A stretch of 35,055 bases of DNA from Smithellaceae bacterium (GCA_046484315.1 JAWOJC010000315.1:1-35055); one strand, 5' to 3'. Numbered from the stretch's first letter, positions 18,957-29,087 are shown. Notes: generated by a model not told the origin, from the sequence alone. Translations and numbers: made by a program.

Positions 18957-19604
18957 CTACTTTATTTTTCGAATGTCCGCTTCCTTGCCGATAACGACGA
19001 GCACTTCACCATCTTTGACCACAAAGTTTGCGCCCGGCACCATGTGAACCTGATCAGAGATAACATCGCGAATGGCGATGACTTCGATGCTGAACCGGTT
19101 GCGCAGCTTTAGTTCGGCCAGTGTTTTTCCCAGAAAGCCGTTGGGCGGGGCCAATTCAAAAATCATGAAATCGTCGGACAGGGGGATATAATCCATGACG
19201 TTGGGTGAAATGAGACCTTTGGCCAACTTCATGCCGACTTCTTTTTCCGGAATAATGACCTCTGTGGCGCCGACTTTTTCCAGGATCATTTTATGATCTT
19301 CATTGGGCGCCTTAACGATGATGTTTTTAACCTTCATCTGTTTTAAATGCAGCGTGATCAATGTCGCGGCGGCAAGATCCTCCCCGAAGGAAATGATGGC
19401 GATGTCGTCTTCGTCAATGCCGATCTCATCCATGATTTCCTGATCCGTGCCGTCGGCCAGAATCGCCTTCGTACAATAGTCCCGCATCCGCTGAATGATA
19501 TCTTTGTTTTTGTCAATCGCTACCACTTCAAAACCGTTCTCAAACAGTGTCCGCGCGATATGATAGCCGAATATGCCCAGTCCGATGACAACCGCTCTTT
19601 TCAT
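18957..19604 (-). CDS. trkA: K+ uptake system peripheral subunit TrkA/KtrA (RCK domains)
   Basis: 215 aa. N-terminal VVIGLGIFGYHIARTL NAD-binding fold and a C-terminal TrkA-C domain. It lies immediately downstream of trkH. Confidence 0.9.
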   Translation of the reverse strand: MKRAVVIGLGIFGYHIARTLFENGFEVVAIDKNKDIIQRMRDYCTKAILADGTDQEIMDEIGIDEDDIAIISFGEDLAAATLITLHLKQMKVKNIIVKAPNEDHKMILEKVGATEVIIPEKEVGMKLAKGLISPNVMDYIPLSDDFMIFELAPPNGFLGKTLAELKLRNRFSIEVIAIRDVISDQVHMVPGANFVVKDGEVLVVIGKEADIRKIK

Positions 19605-19619
19605 AAAACCCCCTTCTTC

Positions 19620-20990
19620 TTACCCCACCATCACGGATTCTTCCGCATACGTGATTCCTTTACGCCGGCGCGAATACCAGGCAAACGCGAGCGTTAAAGG
19701 TCCTACGCGGCCGATGAACATCATGAAGATGATGGCATATTTCTGAATGTCGTTTAGCTTTGGCGTGGCGCCCATCGACAGGCCTACGGTTCCGAATGCG
19801 GAAAAAGCTTCAAAAATATATTCAATAAACTGATAGCGACTGGCAAGCGGCGCGCCGGACGTGCCGCTTGCCAGAAGAAGCACGGCGGAAACGATGCCGA
19901 TAACAATGGCTGATGCAAAAACAATGGAGATCGTCCGGTCCACCAGTTCACGCGGAATCGTACGATTGGCAACATTTACATTTTCCCGGCCTTTTATGCG
20001 GTTGACAAACAGCAGCAGCAGAATAGCAAAGCTGGTGGTTTTGACGCCGCCGCCCGCGGAACCGGGCGATGCGCCGATAAACATCAGCGCCATCATGAGC
20101 AAAAGGGTGGAGTTGCTTAAAATGCCGATATCCACTGTGTTAAATCCCGCAGTGCGTGAGGTGATGGATTGAAAAAATGACGACAGAAGCGCTGTTTTGA
20201 TCGTTTCGCCTCTGAGCACGTTATTCATCTCCATAAAATAAAAACAAGCCGCGCCAAGCAAGATTAGCAGAACGGTTGCGATCAAGACAATTTTGGTATG
20301 CAAAGACAATTTCTTCTGCGTGCCGCGTATTTTAGCCACGACCTCCTGCTGGACGATAAAACCGATGCCGCCCAGAATGATCAGAAGCATAATCGTCACA
20401 TTGACCAGGCTGTTGCTTTGGTAACGCATCAGACTATCGGAGAAAAGTGAAAAGCCCGCATTGTTAAACGCGGATACGGCATGAAAAATGGCCACATAAA
20501 GAGCCTGAAAAAGCGGGTATTCCTGAATGAACTGCACAAACAAAAACAGCGTCCCGAAAAATTCGATGATCAGCGTGTAGAGCAGGACTCTTTTAACAAT
20601 TGAATAAATATCCTTTCGAGGGCTATGCAAAAAGGTGGCTTGTGTAATCTCCCTGCCTTTAAAAGACACCCTCCTTCCCATCAGGGCAAACAGTAAAATG
20701 GAGAAGGTGATAATGCCCAGGCCGCCCACCTGAAAAAGCGTCAGCGTGATGATCTGTCCGGTAAGTGACAGGGTCTGGCCGATATCGATCGTGACCAGAC
20801 CTGTGACGCAAACCGCGGAAGCGGCCGTAAAGAGGGCATCGACAAACCGTAAAGTATCACCGGATGCGGATGACGGAAGCCACAGGACAAGCGCGCCTGC
20901 CAGAATAAAACCCGCAAAACTCAAGACGAATATTCTTGCCGGTGTGAGATGGCGTGAAAAGAACGTCCTGAGCGTAAACTGGTGTTTCAT
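19620..20990 (-). CDS. trkH: TrkH/KtrB-family K+ transporter membrane subunit
   Basis: 456-aa polytopic protein with repeated pore-loop-like segments (VCVTGL, FNNAGFS, TAGFNTVD, FGTVGLS). Confidence 0.9.
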   Translation of the reverse strand: MKHQFTLRTFFSRHLTPARIFVLSFAGFILAGALVLWLPSSASGDTLRFVDALFTAASAVCVTGLVTIDIGQTLSLTGQIITLTLFQVGGLGIITFSILLFALMGRRVSFKGREITQATFLHSPRKDIYSIVKRVLLYTLIIEFFGTLFLFVQFIQEYPLFQALYVAIFHAVSAFNNAGFSLFSDSLMRYQSNSLVNVTIMLLIILGGIGFIVQQEVVAKIRGTQKKLSLHTKIVLIATVLLILLGAACFYFMEMNNVLRGETIKTALLSSFFQSITSRTAGFNTVDIGILSNSTLLLMMALMFIGASPGSAGGGVKTTSFAILLLLFVNRIKGRENVNVANRTIPRELVDRTISIVFASAIVIGIVSAVLLLASGTSGAPLASRYQFIEYIFEAFSAFGTVGLSMGATPKLNDIQKYAIIFMMFIGRVGPLTLAFAWYSRRRKGITYAEESVMVG

Positions 20991-21020
20991 AAGGACCCTT
21001 CAGTTTGAAGGTTCAAGGAC

Positions 21021-21515
21021 TCAAACGCCTGTTTGCTTGTCTTTGCGGTTGGCGATCATTTCCCAGATCATCAGCAGCGCGCCCACTGTGATGGCGGAAT
21101 CCGCCACGTTAAAAGCGGGCCAGTGCGCAGTCGAGATATATACGTCCAGAAAGTCCACGACGGCGCCGAACCGTATCCGGTCAATGAGGTTGCCCACGGC
21201 ACCGCCGAAGATGAGCGTCAGGGCGGAAACCAGCATCAGGCTGCGGGGATTGTTTTTAATGAGATAGTAGATGATGAGAATCACGGCGGCGGCGGTGACG
21301 CCGGTGAAGAAAATGTAGCGGAAGGTTTCGGAGGCCGTGGCGAGAAACCCGAAGGCCGCGCCCGGATTCATCACATACACCAGGTTGAAAAATCCCGGAA
21401 TAACCGGATAGATTTCATGCAGGACAAAGCGAGAGGTGATTGCCGATTTGGTGATCTGATCCAGAACAATGAGCGCGGCGGCGCCCAGAAAAAATATCAC
21501 AAGATTCTTTTTCAA
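21021..21515 (-). CDS. lspA: Lipoprotein signal peptidase (signal peptidase II)
   Basis: 164 aa with a TTG start, 6 nt after AGGAG. Motifs: NPGAAFGF, GGAVGNLIDR, FNVADSAITVGA. It occupies the classic position downstream of ileS. Confidence 0.93.
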   Translation of the reverse strand: MKKNLVIFFLGAAALIVLDQITKSAITSRFVLHEIYPVIPGFFNLVYVMNPGAAFGFLATASETFRYIFFTGVTAAAVILIIYYLIKNNPRSLMLVSALTLIFGGAVGNLIDRIRFGAVVDFLDVYISTAHWPAFNVADSAITVGALLMIWEMIANRKDKQTGV

Positions 21516-21571
21516 TGAAAACTCCTTTACCGCTTACGATCGCTGCATCCCCTGAGTGGGGAACCAACCCG

Positions 21572-21648
21572 AATAAACGTTAAATGTGAAACATGAAACT
21601 TTAAACGTAAAACTTTAAACGATCTCCCCGTAGCCTATAGCCCATAGC
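21572..21648. repeat. Eleven contiguous 7-nt-phased units: seven NNNAAAC-type units, one spacer unit, then three CNNTAGC-type units
   Basis: Plus-strand reading in phase: aataaac gttaaat gtgaaac atgaaac tttaaac gtaaaac tttaaac gatctcc ccgtagc ctatagc ccatagc. It fills most of the ileS-lspA spacer and starts 5 nt from the ileS stop. Confidence 0.7.
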
Positions 21649-21653
21649 CTAAC

Positions 21654-24443
21654 TTACAGGTTCGGCAGACAGCGGCGGCAGATGGTCGGATGATTCGCGT
21701 CCTGGCCAACCGATTCTTCATAGATCCAGCAGCGTTCGCATTTCGCGCCGCGCGCTTTTTCCACACCGACGATGAGTCCTTTAATTTCTTCGCTTTTGTA
21801 AGGATTGACAATGTCCTTTTCATCAACGATCTGCACCTGGGAAACAATCAAAAGTGCGCGCAGGTCTTCCAAATGGGTTTCAAACAACGCACGCATTTTA
21901 TCCGGCGCGGCAATGCTGATGCGCGCGTCAAGCGAATGGCCGACAATTTTGTCACGGCGTGCCTGCTCCGAGGCTTTGGCGATTTCACCTTTGGCGTCAA
22001 TCATGGTCTTCCAGCGATCGCCCAGATCGGTGTTGCAGAGTTTCTCCTCCACTTGCGGAAACTGCGCCAGGTGGACGCTTGATTCTTTATTCCGCCAGCC
22101 GGGCAGGGCTGCCCAGACTTCTTCGGACGTAAAAGTTGTGATGGGCGCGAGCAGTCTGATCATGGCATCCAGGATTCTGAACATGGCGGTCTGACCCGAG
22201 CGTCTCGCCACCGATTCGGCCTTGTTGGTGTAGAGCCGGTCTTTTAAAACATCGAGGTAAAGCGCGCTTAAATCCACCGTGCAGTAGTTATGCAGGGTGA
22301 AGAAGGCAATATGGAACTGATGGCGTTCATACGCTTCCGTGACGCGTTTGATGACTTCCTGAAGACGGTGCAGCGCCCAGCGGTCCATTTCCAGCATGCT
22401 TTCGTAAGGTACGCTGTCGCTGTCCGGATGGAAGTTGTCCAGATTCCCGAGGATAAAGCGGCTGGTGTTCCGGATGCGGCGATAGGCTTCCGTCAGGCGC
22501 TTTAAAATTTCTTCGGAGATGCGGATGTCGTCGGTGTAATCCTCCGCAGCTACCCACAGACGCAAAATCTCCGCTCCGTACTTGGCGACGGCTTCTTCCG
22601 CGCCTATGACGTTGCCGACGGATTTGGACATTTTTTTGCCTTCGCCGTCCACGACGAACCCGTGGGTCAGAACGCTTTTGTAAGGCGCGCGTCCGCGCGT
22701 GCCCACCGATTCCAGAAGTGATGAATGGAACCAGCCGCGATGCTGGTCCGAGCCTTCCAGATACATGTCGCAAGGCGAGTGCAGATAAGGTCGTTTTTCC
22801 AGGACCGCCGCATGGCTGACGCCCGAGTCGAACCACACATCAAGGATGTTGACCTCCTTGGTGAATTCCGTGTGGCGGCAGTGCGGGCAGACCGTGTGAA
22901 CGGGCATGAGTTCGCGGGGCTCTTTTTCAAACCAGATGTCCGCGCCATGGTGTTCCACCAGACCGACCAGATGGTCGAGAATGTCCTGGGTCAGGACTTC
23001 ATTCTTACATTTTTCACAGTAGAATACCGTGATCGGTACGCCCCACAGACGCTGGCGCGAAATGCACCAGTCCGGGCGGTTTTCCATCATGCCGTAGATG
23101 CGGTCGCGTCCCCAAGAGGGAATCCAATTCACTTCGTTGATGGCGGCCAGTGCTTTTTTGCGCAGATCGTTTTTCTCCATCGAGATGAACCACTGTTCCG
23201 TGGAACGGAAGATGATCGGTTTCTTGCAGCGCCAGCAGTGCGGATACGAATGTTGCAGGGGAACATGTCCCATCAGTGCGCCGACTTCAGCGAGTTTTTT
23301 GATCACGTTGTCATTGGCGTCGAAAACAAACTGACCGGCAAAGTGTTCGACATCTTCCGTGAATTTGCCTGCATCGTCCACCGGCGCGTAATTGTCCAGA
23401 CCGTATTCCAGACCGATTTCATAGTCTTCCTGGCCGTGGCCGGGTGCGATGTGTACGGCACCGGTTCCGGCTTCCAGCGTGACAAAGGGCGCCAGGATCA
23501 AAACGCTGTGCCTGTTTACCAGCGGATGAACACATTTCTGGCCTTCGAGCACATTGCCGTTGAATTCGTCCAGAATTTCATACGGTTTACCGCGGAAGCC
23601 GAAAGCATCCAGGCAGTAATCCAGCATGTCCCTGGCAACAATCAGCACATCGCCGTTGATTTTCACGGCGGCATAAATGAAGTCCGATTTGACGGCAATC
23701 GCGAGGTTGGCGGGAATGGTCCAGGGTGTGGTGGTCCAGATCACCATGGAAACTTTTTCGCCCGCCAGTTTCGGCAGCACCTGGCTGATATCGGAGGTGA
23801 AAGCGAATTTTACGTAAATGGAAGGCGTGTGGTGATCGGCATATTCCACTTCCGCTTCGGCCAGCGCCGTTTTACAGGACGCGCACCAGTAAACCGGCTT
23901 TTTGCCTTTATACACACTGCCGTTGAGATAAAGTTTGCCGAATTCGTTCACTGTGGCCGCTTCATAGGGATAGGCCATTGTCAGATAGGGATTGTTCCAT
24001 TCGCCGAACACACCCAGGCGCTTGAACTGCGCGCGCTGAATATCCACGAATTTTTCGGCATACACCCGGCAGGCGCGGCGCTTTTCCACCTGCGACATGG
24101 TTTGTTTTTTCGCGCCGAGTTCCTTATCCACCTGATGCTCGATTGGTAAGCCATGGCAATCCCAGCCCGGCACATACACGCCGTCAAACCCGCTCATGTT
24201 TTTGGCTTTAATCACAATATCTTTAATGATTTTATTGAGCGCCGTGCCCAGATGAATATTGCCGTTGGCGTAAGGGGGGCCGTCATGCAGAAGGTAGGGC
24301 TTTTTGCCTTTGGCCATGGCGCGGATTTTTTCGTAAATATCCATTTCTTCCCATTTGCTGAGCATTTCCGGCTCGCGCTGGGCCAGATTCGCTTTCATCG
24401 GAAAATCGGTTTTGGGAAGATTCAATGTTTCTTTGTAATCCAT
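21654..24443 (-). CDS. ileS: Isoleucyl-tRNA synthetase
   Basis: Motifs: PYANGNIHLGT (HIGH), KMSKSVGN (KMSKS), and a C-terminal zinc knuckle CERCW...CRRC. The conserved N-terminus MDYKETLNLPKT with GGAG SD favours the ATG at 24443. The track maximum is 24500. Confidence 0.96.
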   Translation of the reverse strand: MDYKETLNLPKTDFPMKANLAQREPEMLSKWEEMDIYEKIRAMAKGKKPYLLHDGPPYANGNIHLGTALNKIIKDIVIKAKNMSGFDGVYVPGWDCHGLPIEHQVDKELGAKKQTMSQVEKRRACRVYAEKFVDIQRAQFKRLGVFGEWNNPYLTMAYPYEAATVNEFGKLYLNGSVYKGKKPVYWCASCKTALAEAEVEYADHHTPSIYVKFAFTSDISQVLPKLAGEKVSMVIWTTTPWTIPANLAIAVKSDFIYAAVKINGDVLIVARDMLDYCLDAFGFRGKPYEILDEFNGNVLEGQKCVHPLVNRHSVLILAPFVTLEAGTGAVHIAPGHGQEDYEIGLEYGLDNYAPVDDAGKFTEDVEHFAGQFVFDANDNVIKKLAEVGALMGHVPLQHSYPHCWRCKKPIIFRSTEQWFISMEKNDLRKKALAAINEVNWIPSWGRDRIYGMMENRPDWCISRQRLWGVPITVFYCEKCKNEVLTQDILDHLVGLVEHHGADIWFEKEPRELMPVHTVCPHCRHTEFTKEVNILDVWFDSGVSHAAVLEKRPYLHSPCDMYLEGSDQHRGWFHSSLLESVGTRGRAPYKSVLTHGFVVDGEGKKMSKSVGNVIGAEEAVAKYGAEILRLWVAAEDYTDDIRISEEILKRLTEAYRRIRNTSRFILGNLDNFHPDSDSVPYESMLEMDRWALHRLQEVIKRVTEAYERHQFHIAFFTLHNYCTVDLSALYLDVLKDRLYTNKAESVARRSGQTAMFRILDAMIRLLAPITTFTSEEVWAALPGWRNKESSVHLAQFPQVEEKLCNTDLGDRWKTMIDAKGEIAKASEQARRDKIVGHSLDARISIAAPDKMRALFETHLEDLRALLIVSQVQIVDEKDIVNPYKSEEIKGLIVGVEKARGAKCERCWIYEESVGQDANHPTICRRCLPNL

Positions 24444-24625
24444 TTTACTGCTCCTGTTGTGTTCAAAAAATAGAGGCGCCACTGTGATTTTCAAATACAC
24501 GCAAAAAACAGTGGCGACTGCTTCTTGCGATTCATGCTGATATCCTTGCGATCAGTCGCAGTCAACTAGCACATAAATATGCGACTTTCAAGCATAACTC
24601 TTTACATGCCCGTTTGGATAAGTTC

Positions 24626-24653
24626 TTGACAAAAATTTCGGTGATGGTATTGC
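24626..24653 (+). promoter_or_regulatory. Candidate sigma70 promoter TTGACA-N16-(TGg)TATTGC for the C_GCAxxG_C_C gene
   Basis: -35 TTGACA at 24626-24631 and an extended -10-like TGGTATTGC at 24645-24653. Motif match only. Confidence 0.3.
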
Positions 24654-24711
24654 ATCGATTCATCATACCTTGCCGATCCGGCACAGAAACCATAGGTAAA
24701 GGAGATGGAGA

Positions 24712-25173
24712 ATGACCCCCCGGGACATGAGAAAAAAAGCGATTGAGATGATGGCAGTTAAAAAATTCCATTGCAGCCAGGCCATTGCGGCCGTCGGGCA
24801 GGAGAGACTGGGAAAGGGCAATGACGACGTTATCCGCGCCATGGGTGCATTTGGCGGGGGGTTAGGCGGCAACGGCGAAGTCTGCGGTGCGCTGGCCGGC
24901 GGACTGGCCGTTTTGGGCCTTCTCTACAGCCGGGCGCGGGAGGATGAAAAGGAAGATCCGCAAATGTGGGCTGATACCCGCGAACTGGTCCGCCGCTTCC
25001 GGGATGAAATTGTAAAGCAAAACGGATCGATTCTCTGCCGCGACATCAGTGGTGTGGACTGGATAGACCGCGAGCAGGCCAAGGAATTCTATAAGGGCGA
25101 CAAAGTCAAAAAATGCATCCGCATTGTCGGGGAGACGGCCAAGCTTTTAGGGGAGATGCTGGAGCGGGCGTGA
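24712..25173 (+). CDS. C_GCAxxG_C_C-family putative redox-active protein
   Basis: 153 aa with AGGAG SD. Spaced signature: FHCSQA ... GGGLGGNGEVCGALAGG ... ILCRDI ... KKCIRIV. Confidence 0.8.
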   Translation: MTPRDMRKKAIEMMAVKKFHCSQAIAAVGQERLGKGNDDVIRAMGAFGGGLGGNGEVCGALAGGLAVLGLLYSRAREDEKEDPQMWADTRELVRRFRDEIVKQNGSILCRDISGVDWIDREQAKEFYKGDKVKKCIRIVGETAKLLGEMLERA

Positions 25174-25440
25174 GGTTGCGTCACTCACTCTTCGGGTCGA
25201 CTTGCCCGTTCGCAGAGGGGTTGATGTGAGGGGCGTATCGTTTTGTTATTCTCAAGAGTGAATCCCTACCAGCTTCCCGAGGCGCCCCCGCCACCGGATG
25301 ATCCACCCCAGTCATAATATGATTATTCAGTATTTTTCATTCTTCTGTAAGTGTGTCGTTCATGCTTTCCCTTGTTGACGCGGTTGCATCTATTTTTTCT
25401 GAGAGACTGGCTAAACTCCCGTTCCGATGTCAAAAAAGAG

Positions 25441-25475
25441 AAAAGCCCCCTGTCCGCGAGAACAGGGGGCTTTTT
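25441..25475. terminator. Bidirectional intrinsic terminator serving groEL and the C_GCAxxG_C_C gene
   Basis: 9-bp GC-rich stem GCCCCCTGT/ACAGGGGGC with an 8-nt loop. An A-rich run lies upstream and TTTTT downstream. Confidence 0.8.
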
Positions 25476-25479
25476 ACTT

Positions 25480-25507
25480 TTCAACCTATAGGCTATAGCC
25501 TATGGCC
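25480..25507. repeat. Phased heptads ttcaacc tataggc tatagcc tatggcc, containing the 16-bp perfect palindrome ATAGGCTATAGCCTAT (25488-25503)
   Basis: Read directly from the sequence. It sits 10 nt 3' of the groEL stop and shares the TATAGCC/CATAGCC unit with the ileS-proximal tract. Confidence 0.6.
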
Positions 25508-25517
25508 TGTTTTTTCA

Positions 25518-27176
<1,659 letters not shown>

Positions 27177-27187
27177 TTAAAATTTTC

Positions 27188-27478
27188 TTATTTTTCAATA
27201 ACGCCCAGAATGTCGTCTTCTCTCATGATGAGGTACTCTTCGCCGTCGATTTTGACTTCCGTCCCGCCGTACTTGCTAAACAGGACTTTGTCGCCGACTT
27301 TGACATCCAGCGGGAGAATCTTGCCTTCTTCCGTAACTTTGCCCTTGCCCACGGCGATGATTTTGCCTTCAATCGGTTTTTCCTTGGCTGAGTCCGGGAT
27401 GATGATCCCTCCCTTGGTTTTGGTTTCCTCGTCCAAACGTTTTACAATGATTCTATCCTGTAAAGGTCTGATTTTCAT
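27188..27478 (-). CDS. groES: Co-chaperonin GroES (Cpn10)
   Basis: 96 aa, [14 protein letters not shown]...[13 protein letters not shown], located 26 nt upstream of groEL. Confidence 0.97.
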   Translation of the reverse strand: MKIRPLQDRIIVKRLDEETKTKGGIIIPDSAKEKPIEGKIIAVGKGKVTEEGKILPLDVKVGDKVLFSKYGGTEVKIDGEEYLIMREDDILGVIEK

Positions 27479-27541
27479 GCTGTTTCTTCTCCTTTCTTCC
27501 TATTTGTATTAAAATTTTATGAATGCTGCTTAAGCGGCGCT

Positions 27542-27569
27542 ATTTTATGCATGATTTACCCTGTGTCAA
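27542..27569 (-). promoter_or_regulatory. Sigma70-type promoter TTGACA-N16-TAAAAT with a T10/AT-rich UP-like tract, for groES-groEL
   Basis: On the minus strand: -35 at 27569-27564 and -10 at 27547-27542. A 10-nt homopolymer run lies at 27579-27588, just upstream. No CIRCE element was seen. Confidence 0.5.
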
Positions 27570-27612
27570 GATTTGTAAAAAAAAAATTGAATAAATTTTA
27601 CCGTTGCGGTGG

Positions 27613-28971
27613 TCAGAAAAGATTTTCCAGCAATTCCCGGAGGGACGTGATGGTGCAAATGTCCATATTTGCCGTTTTGGTCAGTCTGGCTGTATTGGAT
27701 TTCGGCACCAGGCACCGGGTAAATCCCATACGGGCCGCTTCCTTAATCCGGGCGTCCATCTGGGAGACGGCCCGCACCTCGCCTGTGAGCCCCACTTCGC
27801 CCAGAACCACCGTGCGCGGATTGACGGGGCGATCCAGAAAGCTCGATGCCATCGCCGAGACGATCCCCAGATCGACCGCCGGTTCATCCACCCGGACGCC
27901 GCCTGCGACATTAATAAATATGTCCGAGCCACCCAGCTGCAGGCCGCAGATTTTATCGAGGACCGCCACCAGAAGCGAAACCCGGTTGTGATCCACGCCG
28001 ATGGCCGTGCGTCTGGGCATGCCCAGGTTGGAGTGGCTGACCAGTGCCTGAATTTCCACCAGAATCGGCCGGGTGCCTTCCATCGAGGTCACGACCACGG
28101 AGCCTGGGGCGTTTTCGGGTCGCTCCGCCAGAAAGAAAGCCGAGGGGTTGGGCACCTCGATCAAGCCGCGGTCGCGCATCTCAAAAACACCAATTTCATT
28201 TGTGGGGCCGAAGCGGTTTTTAATGCTGCGGATAATCCGGTAGGCGTGTCCGGAATCGCCTTCGAAATATAAAACCGTATCGACCATGTGTTCGAGGACC
28301 TTGGGGCCGGCAATTGAACCGTCCTTGGTGACATGGCCGATCAGAAATACGGGAATGCCGTTTTTTTTGGCCGACAGGATCAGGCGGGACGAGGCTTCGC
28401 GCACCTGACCCACCGAGCCGGGCGCGGACATCAGTTCGCCGGAATAGACGGTCTGGATGGAATCGATCACCACAATGGCGGGTTCGACCTTTTTAATCTG
28501 GTCGAGAATTTTTTCCAGGGAGACTTCGACCAAGAGCAGCAGATCTTTGGCTGCCGTGCCGATCCGGTCGCTGCGCAGCTTGATTTGGCTTGCCGATTCC
28601 TCGCCGGAAATGTAGAGGACTTTGTGCCCGGTGACCGCGAGATTTTTCATCACCTGAAGCATGAGCGTGGATTTGCCGATGCCCGGCTCGCCTCCGATCA
28701 GGATGGCGGAACCCGCCACGATGCCGCCGCCCAGCACCCGATCGATTTCGGCCATGCCTGTGGCGGTGCGTTCGCCTTCCGCGGCCGGCACTTCGTCGAT
28801 GGGCATCGGCTTGCCGTCAAAGCTCATATCGGCGCGATGGCCTGACTCCGGTTCGGCCACAAGCTCTTCGGCAAAGCAGTTCCAGCCGCTGCACGAAGGG
28901 CATTTGCCCAGCCATTTTGGCGACATATAGCCGCAATGCTGGCAGAAAAAACTGGTTTTTGATTTTTTCAA
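27613..28971 (-). CDS. radA: DNA repair protein RadA/Sms
   Basis: N-terminal zinc finger FFCQHCGY...CPSCSGWN, Walker A GGEPGIGKSTL, KNRFG motif, and a Lon-like C-terminal domain. The TTG at 28971 is preceded by GGGAGGGGGGAG and gives the family-typical N-terminus (LKKSKTSFFC). The upstream ATG at 29028 is the alternative start. Confidence 0.9.
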   Translation of the reverse strand: MKKSKTSFFCQHCGYMSPKWLGKCPSCSGWNCFAEELVAEPESGHRADMSFDGKPMPIDEVPAAEGERTATGMAEIDRVLGGGIVAGSAILIGGEPGIGKSTLMLQVMKNLAVTGHKVLYISGEESASQIKLRSDRIGTAAKDLLLLVEVSLEKILDQIKKVEPAIVVIDSIQTVYSGELMSAPGSVGQVREASSRLILSAKKNGIPVFLIGHVTKDGSIAGPKVLEHMVDTVLYFEGDSGHAYRIIRSIKNRFGPTNEIGVFEMRDRGLIEVPNPSAFFLAERPENAPGSVVVTSMEGTRPILVEIQALVSHSNLGMPRRTAIGVDHNRVSLLVAVLDKICGLQLGGSDIFINVAGGVRVDEPAVDLGIVSAMASSFLDRPVNPRTVVLGEVGLTGEVRAVSQMDARIKEAARMGFTRCLVPKSNTARLTKTANMDICTITSLRELLENLF

Positions 28972-29041
28972 TGTGCTCCCCCTCCCTGAGCGGCGTTTAC
29001 AAAAACATATTCTTTGACCGGATGTCAATACGAATTGCCGC

Positions 29042-29070
29042 TTGACAAGTTATGGGCATATGCTTATATC
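29042..29070 (+). promoter_or_regulatory. Sigma70-type promoter TTGACA-N16/17-TTATATC for the DUF134 / NifX-like pair
   Basis: -35 at 29042-29047 and -10 TTATAT/TATATC at 29064-29070. The GGAG SD at 29077-29080 implies a very short leader. Confidence 0.45.
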
Positions 29071-29087
29071 CGGTTTGGAGAAACGGT

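Noticed and set aside
21600-21620. TTTAAAC heptamers on the plus strand at 21600, 21614 and 33640 match the classic -1 frameshift slippery sequence U_UUA_AAC.
   Set aside because: They are intergenic and on the non-transcribed strand relative to the flanking genes. No overlapping -1 frame ORF exists, so the match is a coincidental consequence of the heptad repeat composition.
24444-24500. N-terminal extensions offered by the ORF track. These include ileS to 24500, radA to 29028, DUF2892 to 30365, GctB-like to 32599, trxA to 30854, the cupin from 11695, the Crp/Fnr gene from 30882, the NifX-like gene from 29410, serC to 11526 and serA to 10355.
   Set aside because: In each case an internal start has a good SD at proper spacing and reproduces the conserved family N-terminus. 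The extension lacks an SD and adds non-homologous, often Arg-rich sequence.
27479-27612. Looked for a CIRCE element (TTAGCACTC-N9-GAGTGCTAA) or a sigma32-type promoter upstream of groES.
   Set aside because: No CIRCE-like inverted repeat is present. The only palindrome is the 8-bp GCTTAAGC. The best promoter match is sigma70-like (TTGACA-N16-TAAAAT). CTTGA is present, but no CCCCAT-type -10 is at the right distance.
29014-29028. TTGAC-CGGAT-GTCAA palindrome in the radA/DUF134 intergenic region, resembling the Crp/Fnr-type boxes.
   Set aside because: The spacer is 5 nt instead of 4, which Crp/Fnr dimers normally do not tolerate. The centre lies about 56 nt upstream of the predicted DUF134 TSS. 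It may be a site for a different factor or chance, so it was not counted as part of the regulon.
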